Assembly (NCBI GenBank): GCA_951406725.2
Contig: OX597814.1
Location: 98,952,001 to 99,016,000, forward strand
Length of the DNA stretch: 64,000 nt
Reading direction: 5' to 3'
DNA from: Octopus vulgaris
Taxonomy: Eukaryota
The notes beneath the pieces are model-generated. The model worked only from the letters and a program-made list of their open reading frames with translations, searched no databases and was not told the DNA's origin. The number at the start of each line of letters is the position of its first letter. The stretch's first letter is position 1. Made by a program: the position numbers and the translations under genes. This document shows positions 27,303 to 40,157 of the stretch, piece by piece.

Positions 27303-27694
27303 CTAGCAGTATCTCCCGGCGTTGCTCGGGTTTGTAAGGGAAATAACTATATAATCATTTTTAGATAGTCATAGCCAAAAAATAGCAAAAACATGCATTA
27401 AAAATGGAAAAAAAATCATGGTAAATTTTTTTTTTAATCGTTGACTCATCGTAGACATTTTTAGAGAGTTACTTCCCTTATATAATACCGAAAAAAATGC
27501 ATTAAAATGGAAAAAAAATGATGGTAAATTTTTTTTTAAATCGTAGACTCATCGTAGACGCGCGCTAATACCCAGAAGGGCTCGATATGAATCACGACTA
27601 TAAGATACCCGGTTTTGGTTAAACTGCACCGCAAAATGTGGGAGTAGTTAGGAATCTAAATCGTAGGAGACAGACACACAACCTTATATAAAGA
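27303..27694 (-). mobile_element. Non-autonomous Helitron (~390 bp)
   Basis: Sense 5' A|TCTTTATATAAG and 3' CCCGAGCAACGCCGGG hairpin followed by ATACTGCTAG|T: TC...CTAG ends in an AT target with no TSD. Contains an internal ~105 bp tandem duplication. Confidence 0.85.
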
Positions 27695-27695
27695 T

Positions 27696-28298
27696 TTGAA
27701 ACTATTATACAAAACCATAGATCTAAAATGAAGAATTCTAGAAGTAATTCGGTTTGCTGTAAATTACTCATATGATCCTAGTGGCCATAGATCATTGGTT
27801 AGAAATTCTCTTTGCAGCATGTGAACAATAAGTACCAGTCATGCACTGGGGTCGATGTAATCCACTAGCCCCACTTCCCTAAAATTTTAGGCCTTGTGCC
27901 TATAGCAGAAAGGGCTATTATAACTTTTAAAAAGACGGTGAATTGGCACAAACGTTAGCTTAACGCCATTTCGTCCGTCTTTACGTTCTCTGGGTTAAAA
28001 TTCCGTCGAGATTGACTTTGCCTTTTATCCTTCCAGAGTCGATAAGAGAAGTATGAGCGCTGGGGTTGATCTAACTGACTTAACCCCGCCCCCGAAATTG
28101 ATGGCCTTGTGCCAAAATTTAAAACTATTATTATAGCTTATATAAATTTTAAAGCAAAAAAAATATTGTTCACATGCTGCAAAGAGAATTTCTAACCAAT
28201 GATCTATGGCCACTAGGATCATATGAGTAATTTACAGCAAACCGAATTACTTCTAGAATTCTTCATTTTAGATCTATGGTTTTGTATAAAAGTTTCAA
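27696..28298. repeat. Near-perfect 135 bp inverted repeat (27696-27830 / 28164-28298) with a 333 bp spacer of family C SINE pieces
   Basis: ttgaaactattatacaaaaccatagatc...gcagcatgtgaacaata versus tattgttcacatgctgc...gatctatggttttgtataaaagtttcaa; one mismatch seen. Confidence 0.95.
27935..28130 (+). mobile_element. Family C SINE (a further 3' fragment lies at 27827-27920)
   Basis: gacggtgaattggcacaaacgttagc...gactttgccttttatccttccagagtcgataag...ggccttgtgccaaaattt. Confidence 0.8.
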
Positions 28299-28843
28299 TT
28301 TTACTTCGCTGTTTATTTATTTATATCTTAAAATGCGTAAAAAACTATTTCAACAATTGTTTTTCATTTCTCTTTCTATATTCCACTATCTTATAACTTT
28401 CGATCATTCTTACAAATACTTCAAAGTTATTTTACAATTTATTTATTTCGGTCTTTTAAATGTCGGAATGTTTATTTCAATTATTTATTTGTTTCAATTT
28501 TCCTTATAAATGTTTAAGTAAAAAACATAGTGAGGTTAGGTAAATAACTTGATCTAACTTATCTCATTATTGATTTATTTCGATCTTTCTGATAAATATT
28601 TAAATGTTATTTTAATATTTGTTTTTCGTTTCCAGCTGCCTCAGAAATGTTAGGCAAAAATAGTGGGATAGGTGACTTAACATATATCAGTTGTTGAGAG
28701 TTGTGGTTGCTTTCTATTTTTGCATGTAGTTAACTAATTCAAGTGAAGTAATAGTAAAAAGTGAAACTGTTATGTGGCGTTCATAAATTTGTTTTAAATA
28801 TGTATTTGTAACTTTAACCTCTGTAGCAGTTTAAAACCAAGCA

Positions 28844-29225
28844 TCTTTTCTGCCCTAGGTACAAGGCCCGAAATTTTTGGGGAGGGACCAGTCGATTAGA
28901 TTGACCCCCCCAGCACGCAGCTGGTACTTGATTTATCGACTACGAAAAGATGAAATACAAAGTCGACCTCGGCAGAATTTGACAGACGAAATACCCATTT
29001 CTTTACTACCCACAAGGGGCTAAACACAGAGGACAAACAAGGACAGACAAACGGAATAAGTCGATTATATCGACCCAGTGCGTAACTGGTACTTATTTAA
29101 TCGACCCCGAAAGGATGAAAGTCTAAGTCGGCCTCAGCGGAATTTGAACTCAGAACGTAACGGCAGACGGAATACTGCTACGCATTTCGCCCGGCGTGCT
29201 AACGCTTCTGCCAGCTCGCCGCCTT
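28844..29225 (-). mobile_element. Dimeric family C SINE
   Basis: A full unit (28997-29225) is joined at gacgaaatacc to a second body with the alternative tail. Confidence 0.9.
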
Positions 29226-29700
29226 AGCTTAAAATCAAGAATATCGACTGGATTAAAGACTACACCTTGTTTTTATATTAAACCAGAAGAATTTCAATTA
29301 AAATGTTATGCTGAATTACAATTTAAACTCAGAGACAGTTTCTCAGCCAGACCTACAGAGTTAAAGAAAACTTATAAAAAAAATTGATTTAGAAGATTGG
29401 AAATTTAGGTATTGAGTTTGAGAGAAATATGGGAGTTTGTTGTCCAGTAATTTCGAAGTTATTATCTTTCTATTAAATAGAAGATCGCAGTTAACATACT
29501 TGGTACAGATGACTGGGATTACATCATTCACAAAGCAGATTGTGGTTTTCAGGTGATTTATTAGTCACCACCGTTCAAATAATCTATTGCTATTATGTAT
29601 GACTGTTCCGCGAGAAGATGATGGATTTGGAGTTAGTTTCAAAGAACATATTCAACAGTGTACTCTTGTGCATAAAAATGAAGTAATATATGTATAGATA

Positions 29701-29704
<4 letters not shown>

Positions 29705-29752
<48 letters not shown>

Positions 29753-29965
29753 GAGAGAGAAAGAAAACAAAACAAAACAAAAACCACTACGATATAAGTA
29801 TTTTCTGAGATAATTCCAGTAGGACTGGAAAGAATTAAAATAAACTGACAAAAACGAATTAGTGAACAAAACAGTATATCCGAGCTGAGCTAAACGTGTT
29901 TGTGTAATTTGCATCAAAGACTGGATTAACCATTGAATTAGTCGTGCATCATTCGCAACGGTGTT
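29705..29965 (+). repeat. Local direct duplication, copy 2
   Basis: Matches 27040-27279. Confidence 0.95.
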
Positions 29966-30519
29966 ATATTATAATATTATTAATATTATTAATGAGCTCG
30001 ATTTAGATGTCAGCCTGTTCTTCACAATACGTGTTGAAAACTGCTTGACAGACGTTTCCGGATGACTGCAGTTCTCAAGACGTAAGATCCCAAATGATTA
30101 TCAAAGAGTTTAGGTGTGAGGCAGAATAAAGATGGCAATAGAATAGTAGAAATATGCATTAAAAGTTTCAGGAAAGTGATACTACTCAGTTTATAAATTC
30201 AGAGGATTAGAAGTCGTTGAAGTAACAAATAGGGAAACAATACATCCGTGGCCGACCTTTTGTAAATTCCTTGATGAGTGTTTTGTGTTTGTCGCAAATC
30301 CATCTTAAATTTGTTCACAGAACCCCAATGCTGGTCATACGTGAACTTCGTACAGGTTAGGAGTCGAGCAAAGATGAATTTCTTTCTGATTCTGAATAAC
30401 AAGTCTATTCTTTGCGATGCCATTTTGGTAACATTACATTCGTGAGGGTATAATGATTGTGATTCAGATAACTTGATATGTGTTCTGACTTTGAATGCAT
30501 TAGATATGTGTGGAAATTA

Positions 30520-30735
30520 CGAAGGGGTACTGAAAAGTTCCTGGCTTTGGGTAAAAAATATGCAGGAGGATAAGTCAATTATGATTTTATTCAACATATT
30601 CCCCTCTCAGATTCACACATCTATTGCAACGGTCCTTCAGTTTTCCTAAGCCCTGTGAAAGAACTCGGAAGTCTGTGCCTTCAACCAGGCCTTTTGCGAC
30701 AGCCTTAAAGCCAGGAACTTCTCAGCAACCCCTCG
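30520..30735. mobile_element. Mariner-type MITE (216 bp)
   Basis: ~29 bp TIRs cgaaggggtactgaaaagttcctggcttt / aaagccaggaacttctcagcaacccctcg, with TA on both sides (30518-19, 30736-37). Confidence 0.9.
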
Positions 30736-31009
30736 TATAAAAAGTGAATTGTAGGAATGATTTCTTGATATCCATACAGATTGTATTCTTTTTCTATTTG
30801 GTTATTGAAGGAGACTAGATTATCATATTTCTATTGAATAATGTTACTGAGTTCTAAATTCTCTGTATACAGAATGTGTTATCTTGTTGAATTACAATGA
30901 TGAGAGAAGTGTTCGCATTTGATGTCAGCTTGTATTAGGCAGTGGGCCAGGGCAAATGGAAGGGAAATGTTAAGGAAACTTTTTGTGTATGATTTGTATG
31001 AATTAGATA

Positions 31010-31325
31010 GGTACTTATTCTATTGGTCACTTTTGCTGAACCGCAAAGTTACGGCTACGAATACAAGCCAATTCCAGTCGTCAAGTGGCGGAGTAACAGA
31101 ACACTAAGACACAGGCGAGCGCGTACATACTCACATGCTCATGCATAGATACACAATAGACTTTCATACAGTTCCATCTGAAAGTTTCAATCAAAAGGCA
31201 TTGGTTGGTCCGGGGCTGTGGTAGAAGACAGTTGCCTAAAGTGCCGCAGAGTGGGACTGAAACCGAAACGTGGTTCCATGCAAATGAACTTCTTACTTCT
31301 TAATCACACAGTGATACCTGCACCT
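31010..31325 (-). mobile_element. Diverged family B SINE
   Basis: gtacttattctattggtc...gtagaagacagttgcctaaagtgccgcagagtgggactgaaacc...cacacag. Confidence 0.75.
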
Positions 31326-31640
31326 ATACATAGATAATGTTAAAACATTGTCGTTTCTTTGACTTTTGAGACTGCTGAAGTGATTTTAAGGATTTGAAAT
31401 ATAAAGTCTGTTGAAAAATGCCCCACAAAGAATCTGGCTTCATTGCACAGTTCCCTCACATAATACCACAGTATTTTTTATTTTGTTATTCTATATTGTA
31501 CTATTTGATACCTCTAAGTTCTGAACTCTGCTTTACCATTAAATTATCCGGAGTAAAGAATGTAACTAACAGTCAAATACTGAGATCAATTTAATGGATT
31601 ATATCCTTTCAACGAATTATGTGCGCCCTTGTGTCTCAGA

Positions 31641-31957
31641 GGAGGCGCAATGGTCCAGTGGTTAGGGCAGCGGACTCGTGGTCGGAGGATTGTGGTTTCG
31701 ATTTCCAGACCGGGCGCTGTGTGTGTTTATTGAGCGAAAACACCTAAAAGCTCCACGAGGCTCCGGCAGGGGTGGTGGCGGCCCCTGTTGTACTCTTTCG
31801 CCACAACTTTCTCTAATTTTTCTTTCTTCTTGTTTCTTGAGTAACGCTGCGATGGACTGGCGTCCCGGCCAGCTGGAGGTAACACACACGCCACAGAAAC
31901 CGGGAAATCGGGCCCATGAGCCTGGCTAGGCTTGAAAAGGGCGACGTTTATCGTTTT
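31641..31957 (+). mobile_element. tRNA-Arg-like SINE (family A), full length
   Basis: Head ggaggcgcaatggtccagtggttagggcagcggactcg. Perfect 12 bp TSD ttgtgtctcaga at 31629-31640 and 31958-31969. Confidence 0.92.
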
Positions 31958-32572
31958 TTGTGTCTCAGAATTACTTTTGTATTTCTCTGTATTACTTCAT
32001 TGTGGTACGTTGAATTTTCACGACAGATTACAAAGGTATTTATTTATACAAGATAGACAAACTCTTAACTAGACATTTAATTAGTGCATTGTATGTGGTG
32101 TCATGTTCTGTACTTCGTATTACAGTAGAACATTCATTATCTTGAATTTATTAGCATATCAAATTTATTGAACTATACATCACATAACATACTAAAAAGC
32201 ATACGTAAGAAAGTATTCCCAGCCTTGCCCAAAAACGATTAGCAATTTGTAACCTCGTGAGAGATCATGCTAAGCTAACTTCCGAAAAAAAGAGATTTCG
32301 ATTAAGCTGGGTTTCTAACGATCATAATTCAATGTCTTTTATATTTGCTTAAGAACAAGGCTTTATATTGTATTATATTGTAAACAGGGATATAATTTAC
32401 GGACGATACGTACGCGAGCATACACAGACACACACGCGCACATATACATAAGTATATATTTATATATGTGAGTGTGTATATGTTTACCTGTAAACTATAT
32501 ACCTTTCTACAGTATAATGCAATATGAAGTATATTGATACATCTATCTATCAAATAATCTATCAATCAATTA

Positions 32573-32654
<82 letters not shown>

Positions 32655-32687
32655 ATATCTATCTATCTATCCCTCTCTCTCTTTCTT

Positions 32688-32736
<49 letters not shown>

Positions 32737-34600
32737 CCATGTATGTATGTATGTATGTATGTATGTATGTGTGTATCTATCTATCTACCTATACGTACAT
32801 ATATATATATGTATATATGTATGTGTGTGGGTGTGTATGCATATATGTGTGCGTGCATGTGTATAGGCATGTTTACTTGTATATAAATGTATTTATGTAT
32901 CTATTCCCAGCACATTTGAATTCCTCTTACGTGTAAGATACCAAATCGATTCAGTTTTGCTTCTATATATTTCTATGATTTTTTGCTAATTAAACGCGAT
33001 TCTATCTTTTTATACACACACGGCAACAATAACCTTTTATAGAATAATTGTCAGAAAGCAATGTAATTCAATCTTACCTTGTGGATAGTGAATAATTATG
33101 GTTTTGAATTCTTGGATGGCAGCCAAATTATAATAAACAAATATTACAATAACTGTTTGAAATATTATCTGTCTGCCAACATAGTAGAATTCTTTGGAAA
33201 AAGAAATCATTGAATATACTCAAAAATAGGCCGTCTGAGAACGGCACTTGTACTATACTTGTTGGCGTAGCTGGCTATCACATGAAGTTTCTATATAGTA
33301 ACAACATGTGAGAGAAACTATTTTCAACTAAGTGGTTAGTTGTCTGTTGGGGATTATAGTTCGAAACATATTGTCATATTACTATTCTTGTTGCATCTGT
33401 TTTAATGTGCGATGATTTATGTGTGTATGTATGTTTAGTTGTGTATTCATATATTATTAGTTGTGTATGCATATATGCATATATATATATATTTGTTTAT
33501 AAGTCGAGACTGCAGTTCGCTTTCTGTTTCCTATCAATGCAGGTTCACTCACTTAAGCAGCTATAAGTGATGAGAAATGCATGACAGTCATAATAATATA
33601 ATTTTTCCTACCAATAATATATTAAACTTCTATGTGTGGCTTAATAGCTATGTATAGGTGATTATTATTTCGTATTTAACTTAATTATTACAACCATCTA
33701 ATTGAGTAGGAACAGCAATTTTCAGATCATATGACATTTGAGTGTTTCTCCCAACAGAAAATGCAATGTTGAACTCTTGTAAATTTTCGCCAGGTTATAG
33801 TTGTTTGGCTAATATATTTACAATTTTAATTTTGCAATTTCTCTGCACACGTCTTTATTTATCAATCTGTTGTTGTCAGGACACAGTGATGGTACCATCA
33901 ATCGTTATTTTATTTTTATCATTTAATAAAAACAACAGCCATAACCTTTTCATGGGAATTGGGGATTAGTGAAAGAGGTTGAAATGAAAGAAAAGGAAAT
34001 TACCATCAGACAGAAAGAAACCTAGCCTGAATGCATCCAGCTTGATAGAGATGGCTAAAATCATCCAAGGGCCAACTGCTGTTAAGCCGAAGAATTGATT
34101 AACACTTTTAGCGAAACATCCGATTAAAGGCAGGGTGGAGAAACCTTTTAATTCTGACCCCCCCCCCCAAAAAAAAAACCCCAAATGTTTGGTGTGTTAT
34201 ATTAAGTCAAGTAGCAAATATTTAGTGCTAGGAATACACTGGCTAGTGAACAGTTCGATCAAGATTTGAGCGTTGCTTTCTGTTATATGCTATGAATTTA
34301 TAGATGTAAGACGATGAAACAAAAACTGTATATAATAAAATATTAGGTGGATAACTGATGATAAGCAGAAAGAAAATCTGAGTTATTCATGATTAATTGG
34401 TTGTAAAGATGAAATAAATGTTGAAATTTTCGTCTTCTCATTTCCTTATTGAACACCTTCCGTGCCACCCCGAGAAACACAAATGAAGATAACCTTTTGT
34501 GAAGAAATTTACTCAATCGGCAATTAATCCCCACATCAATATTAACCCAAATTCATTAAGCCAAACTTCTTATGTTAATTTATTAAAATAATAAATAAAC

Positions 34601-35097
34601 AAATGCGCCCTTTTAAAACCTAACCAGGCTCATGGGCCCGGTTTCCCGGTTTCAATGGCGTATGTGCTCCCCAGCTGGATGGGACTCCAGTCCATCGCAG
34701 CGTTACTCAATTTTGCCAGCTGAGTGGACTGGAGCAACGTGAAATGAAGTGTTTTGTTCAAGAACACAACGCGTTGCTCGGTCCAGGAATCGAAACCACA
34801 ATCTTACGATTATGATGCTGACACCCTAACCACTAAGCCACGCGCCTCCACATATAAATGCGCCCTTTTAAAGCCGGTTTCAATGGCGTATGTGTTACCC
34901 AGCTCGATGGGATGCCAGTCCATCGCAGGGCCCGGTTTCCCGGTTTCAATGGCGTATGTGCTCCCCAGCTGGATGGGACTCCAGTCCATCGCAGCGTTAC
35001 TCAATTTTGCCAGCTGAGTGGACTAGAGCAACGCGAAATGAAGTGTTTTGCTCAAGACCACGACGCGTTGCCCGGTCCTGGAATCGAAACCACAATC
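34601..35097 (-). mobile_element. Two tandem family D SINEs (family A tail, different CORE-like body)
   Basis: 34601-34850 is full length with head gtggaggcgcgtggcttagtggttagggtg. 34856-35097 is 5'-truncated with an internal ~60 bp duplication. Tail gcgatggactgg...ccagctgggg...gaaaccgggaaaccgggccc is shared with family A. Confidence 0.85.
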
Positions 35098-35721
35098 TGT
35101 ATTTCTGTTCTGTAAAATAACTCGTACGCAACATATATAACCTTATTAGCGATTTCAGCAAAGATGTATATTCATTTACATTAAATCCTATAGTAATATA
35201 ATAAATCTGCATCTGCCTACCAAATATATATTTAAAAAATGGATATATTTGAATCTGTTGTGTTCTGCCAGCTTATTGCTTTTTTAAAATCTGTTCTGGG
35301 AAGCAAAATTCACTTAGAAAATAATTCGCATTGTATTAAGAGTGTTAAAAAAACACGTTCGAATTCATATGTCTATTTCTAATAACTGACACAACCGTTA
35401 TGTTAGAGGGTGTATTTCTTAGGTTTTCTAGTTTTTATTCAAATTGAAGGAGGTACTTAAAACCTAAGTATCATACCAATAATCTTATGTATTATTTTCT
35501 AAGCTTCTAAACTAATTACAATTCTGTGCTGTTATACCAAAGCAGAAACTTTAGTTTAACCATTGTACACGGCCACAAATTTTTCAGACGCTATTCTATA
35601 TGTAAAATAGGGAAAGAGAAACCAATTAATCCTAATTCTTTTAATTGAAAGAAACAAATAATTTCTGGTAGATTAAATATCTTTCTATCGGAGAGAAGAA
35701 AAGCGGCTGAGATATAGAGAA

Positions 35722-35851
<130 letters not shown>

Positions 35852-35952
35852 AAATAGACACAGATATTCTATATATCCATCCATCCATCCATCCATCTTT
35901 CTATTTATCTATCTATCTATTTGTACATATATATATATGTATGTATGTATGT

Positions 35953-35986
<34 letters not shown>

Positions 35987-36978
35987 GAATGTATAGGGAG
36001 AGGCAGATATAAAAAGAGTGGCAGAGAGAGCGTGAGAGAGATAGTAAGGGTGCTGGGCGAAAAGGTGAGAATGAGAGAATTAAAAAGAGTTTGGATCAAT
36101 GATCTAACATATGATATCTTGCATATTTTTACGTAAGGTGGCCTATTGAATAAAAGAAATATAAAACTTTGCAGTGATTGGAACTGAAAAACAAAGAATT
36201 TGAAATATGTATTAGAAAACATAAATATCACGTTATTAATATATGTGCGAGAAAAAAATGTATATTAAAACAAGGGTGTATATAAAGTGTATGCGTATAT
36301 CTTGTATAACTACAGCATTTCGTACCGACGAAAATCTTTCGACGTGCTTGAAATTGGAGCCAAATTTTCCTCAAATCATACATAATAATCTTATAAAAAG
36401 GGTAAACTATTGACCTTAGCTATCGGAATGCTTCAACAAAGGAATAATCAACCGGATTAGGAGATAGATAGAAACTCGTGCAAATATCTTTCTTACCACA
36501 TCGGATATTATTACAATTTACATAATATTTTAGTAGCCAAAGTGCGCCGAAATTTCATCGACAAAGCGACGCCAAGTTTTGCATTTAAAATAATTAAAAT
36601 AGCGGAGAAATCCATTAATATTAACTAAATATCTTCAAAGAAGTGACATTGATACCTTACGATGAGAGCAAAGCAGTTGTGACTATAGTTTGTTCTGTAG
36701 TGTATGGTAATATTCAATGAATAATATTCTAAGCTAATTCTCTTGGGATTTACTGTAAATGAGCAATCTTTGCTATAATTATGTTGGAATGAATTCAAAT
36801 CCACCATGTTGTACACTAGTGCACAGACACAAAAACACTAGCACACACACAGATACACAGACACAGATACACACACACTCATGTCGAGAGGAAAGTGAAA
36901 GTGCAGATATAATACATTATTTAGTATATATAACTATAGAAACATGCATAAATAAAATGATACAGCAATGTATGTGAA

Positions 36979-37058
<80 letters not shown>

Positions 37059-37451
37059 TGTATGTATGTATGTATGTATGTATGTATGTATGTATGTATG
37101 TATGTATGTATGTATGTGTGTTTCTGTGTTTAAAAGTAAATCTGTAGCAGTAAATCTGTGTTATTCTTTCATATGTTAGAAGTTGAAAGATTCCGATGTT
37201 TCATTCGGTTTCTTGAAGTCATATATGGAATCCATTATTCAATCTACTGTTCGTAATAAGGGGCTGGTCCTTTGCGTAATTTTCTTACGCTGCATACATG
37301 CATGATCATTAGAGCGAGAATGCTCACGCACACACATACACACACAAACATTTATATATATATGAATGTATATATACATATATAAATACATATATGTATA
37401 TACGTATGCACACACACACACACGTATATATATATATATATATATATATAT

Positions 37452-37604
37452 AGGCGTGGCTGTGTGGTAAGAAGCTTGTTTCCTAACTACATGGTCCCGG
37501 GTTCAGTCCCACTGCGTGGGACGTTGGGCGTCTTCTAGCGTACCCTAGGGACAGCCAAAATCTTGTGGGTAGATTTGGTAGACGGAAACTGAAAGAAGCT
37601 CATC

Positions 37605-37646
<42 letters not shown>

Positions 37647-37872
37647 CTGTGTGTGTATGCCTGTGTGTCTGTTTGAACTCCCCCACCACATCACCGCTTG
37701 ACAACCGTTGATGGTTTGTTTGCGACTCCGTAACTTAGCAGTTCAGCTAAACACCGATAGAAAAAGTACTAGGCTTTTAAAACTAAGTCCAGGAGTCGAT
37801 TTGTTCGACTTCATGGTGGTGCTTCAGCATGTCCGCAAGTCAAATGACTGAAAGAAGTAAAAGAGTAAAAGA
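37452..37872 (+). mobile_element. Family B CORE-type SINE, near complete, with an internal (TA)/(TG) microsatellite
   Basis: ggcgtggctgtgtggtaagaagc...gggttcagtcccactgcg...acggaaactgaaagaagc [microsatellite] ...gtcaaatgactgaaagaagtaaaagagtaaaagag. Confidence 0.9.
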
Positions 37873-38309
37873 GTACATCCATACATACATACAGACACAC
37901 AGACACACACATACATACACACATACATGCACACATACATACATACACATACACATACATACACACATACATACATACATACATACATACATACATACAT
38001 TCATACATACATACATGCATTCATACATACATACATACATACATACATACATACATACATACATACATACATACATACATACATACATACGTATAGTCGC
38101 TTACACGCATGTACGCACATAGGCTTTGTTTTAGGCCTCAGAGTCATGTTTACATCCAGCGAAATATAATCCGCCTCTAGGGCTAACCGCAGCCGATTAT
38201 TAATGGGAAGTGAGACAGACTGACGGGGAGAAACAAAAAGATCAAAATCTATACTCAAGTACAAGAGTACTGGCGGCAGCAGTGAGCCGGAACGAGAGGC
38301 TGCAAGAGA

Positions 38310-38987
38310 TATCCAAACTTTGGCCCATCCGTCGAGGCCATCCAGAGTAGCTTTGGCCTCATCTGTGAGGAAGACATTTTGGAAATCGATCTTCATGCAC
38401 TTCCGTACCCAATTACTACGCTTCTCTTTGTGGTTCTTCCTTAACATGGGTCTAGCGATGCACTTAACACTTCTCTCCGTCTCTTTAAGGGTCCTATATC
38501 GGTTGCTTCTGGACAAAGGAGCAACCTCAGCACTTTCAAATATGGCAACACTTGTGCTATCGAGGTGTTTTCTTACTTGTCTACCCATTTTTCAGATGTC
38601 TCGCTGGGATACACTTCTTCTCGAACTTTTATCTTCCCTTGGATTGCTGATGGGGCTTTCAACATACGCCTTTAATGTTCTTTATCCCGACCAAGCTCTT
38701 GGGTTAATTCTCCCACAGATAAGCCTTCTGCGAGACCTGCAACGATTCGCTTCTTCTCTATAGCTGTCAGACGTAGTTTCAGGCACATTTTAGTACACCA
38801 GCAATAAGGCGTGACACAATTGAAAGCACTTGAAAATACTCTACACAACATAACTTTGTATGTAGCTTATCAATACGATTGAAATGTTCCTAGCTAGAAA
38901 TTTTTCAGAGGACGAGTTTCACGGTTGTACACTGTGTAATATTCAAAATATCAACAAGAATCTGATCTGTAATAAAGCCTGAAACAC

Positions 38988-38990
<3 letters not shown>
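38310..38990 (-). mobile_element. Tc1/Tc3-like transposon, 5' half (frameshifted transposase)
   Basis: From ATG at 38788: MCLKLRLTAIEKKRIVAGLAEGLSVGELTQELGRD (HTH). After a frameshift: RPMLRKNHKEKRSNWVRK...VFLTDEAKATLDGLDGW, the first catalytic D in a Tc3-type F.DE....LDGPDG motif. Truncated after that. Confidence 0.85.
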
Positions 38991-39058
<68 letters not shown>

Positions 39059-39374
39059 TTATATGTGGATATATATATATATATGTATATATATATGTGT
39101 GTGTATCCACACATATTTACAACGTATATATTTAAATATATATATATTTATATACATACATATATACGTTTTAATGCCAAGATATATATATATATATATA
39201 TAAAAGTAATTTAACTTTATGCTAAAAATTTACTCACTACTAATACTTTTTACTAGGAAAAGGTTGACAATATCTTCAAAGATACGGATTGCTCACCTTC
39301 AAGAGAGAATGCTTTACTTTGATTCTTTTTGGCCTTTTATATATACAGGCATACATATGCGCGCACACACACAT

Positions 39375-39431
<57 letters not shown>

Positions 39432-39802
39432 CACTCACACAAACACACACACACACACAAACACACACATATATATATATATATATACACGCGCACACAC
39501 CTATATATATATATATATATGTGTGTGTTTGTGTGTTCAAACTACCGTTCTTAATAAGTTGCCGGTCTTTTACATAATTTCCTTGCATGATCATTAGGGC
39601 GAGAATATATATACATACACACATAGTTACATATCTCATATACATTTATGTAAATAGATATTTGTGGTACATGCTTTCACTATGTTGAACCGTTAATCTC
39701 TACTCAATTTTTTTCTCTGTCCGCTTTTTTTGTCATTCTCTCTCGTTTCTTTTTCCTTCTCTCTCGTTTTTTTCATTCTCTCTCCGTTTTTCCCTCTTAA
39801 TC

Positions 39803-39838
39803 CTTTCTATCGAAGAGCGTAGGCTCGAAACGTAAAAT
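39803..39838 (+). ncRNA. Decayed minimal hammerhead-like motif
   Basis: ttt-CTATCGA-a-gagc-gtag-gctc-GAAA-cg-TA-aaa. Stems II and III are intact; core positions G5/A6 are altered. Confidence 0.55.
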
Positions 39839-39987
39839 ACTTTTCCATTCTTCCGGAGCGTTAAACTAACATATCTGCTTGTTTTTCCAACACCTATCTT
39901 CATTTTTTTTGTTTTCTGTAAATTTGAACTATACCCACAGATACTTGCACACACACATAAATATATTCATGTGTGTGAGTATGAGTT

Positions 39988-40027
<40 letters not shown>

Positions 40028-40122
40028 TAATCCAAACAAGAAAGCACAAAAAACACGACAACGCGAGGACGTGGAACAAATATAGTATTATTGGACGCTC
40101 AGGAAAGAAGGAAAGAAGGAGG

Positions 40123-40157
40123 GTTTAACGTTTCGAGCGGAGCTCTTCGTCGGAAAC
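40123..40157 (-). ncRNA. Minimal hammerhead-like motif (U4C core, extra A after A9)
   Basis: Sense: gttt-CCGACGA-a-gagc-tcc-gctc-GAAA-cg-TT-aaac. Stem I gttt/aaac, stem II gagc/gctc, palindromic stem III ACGT. Confidence 0.8.

Noticed and set aside
30199-30423. 74 aa non-repetitive ORF as a host exon
   Set aside because: No recognisable motif, no convincing splice context and no partner exons; it cannot be supported without RNA-seq.
31641-31716. tRNA-Arg-like sequence as a real tRNA gene
   Set aside because: It continues into a SINE body, is bounded by a TSD and has no proper acceptor stem. The same applies to the other SINE heads.
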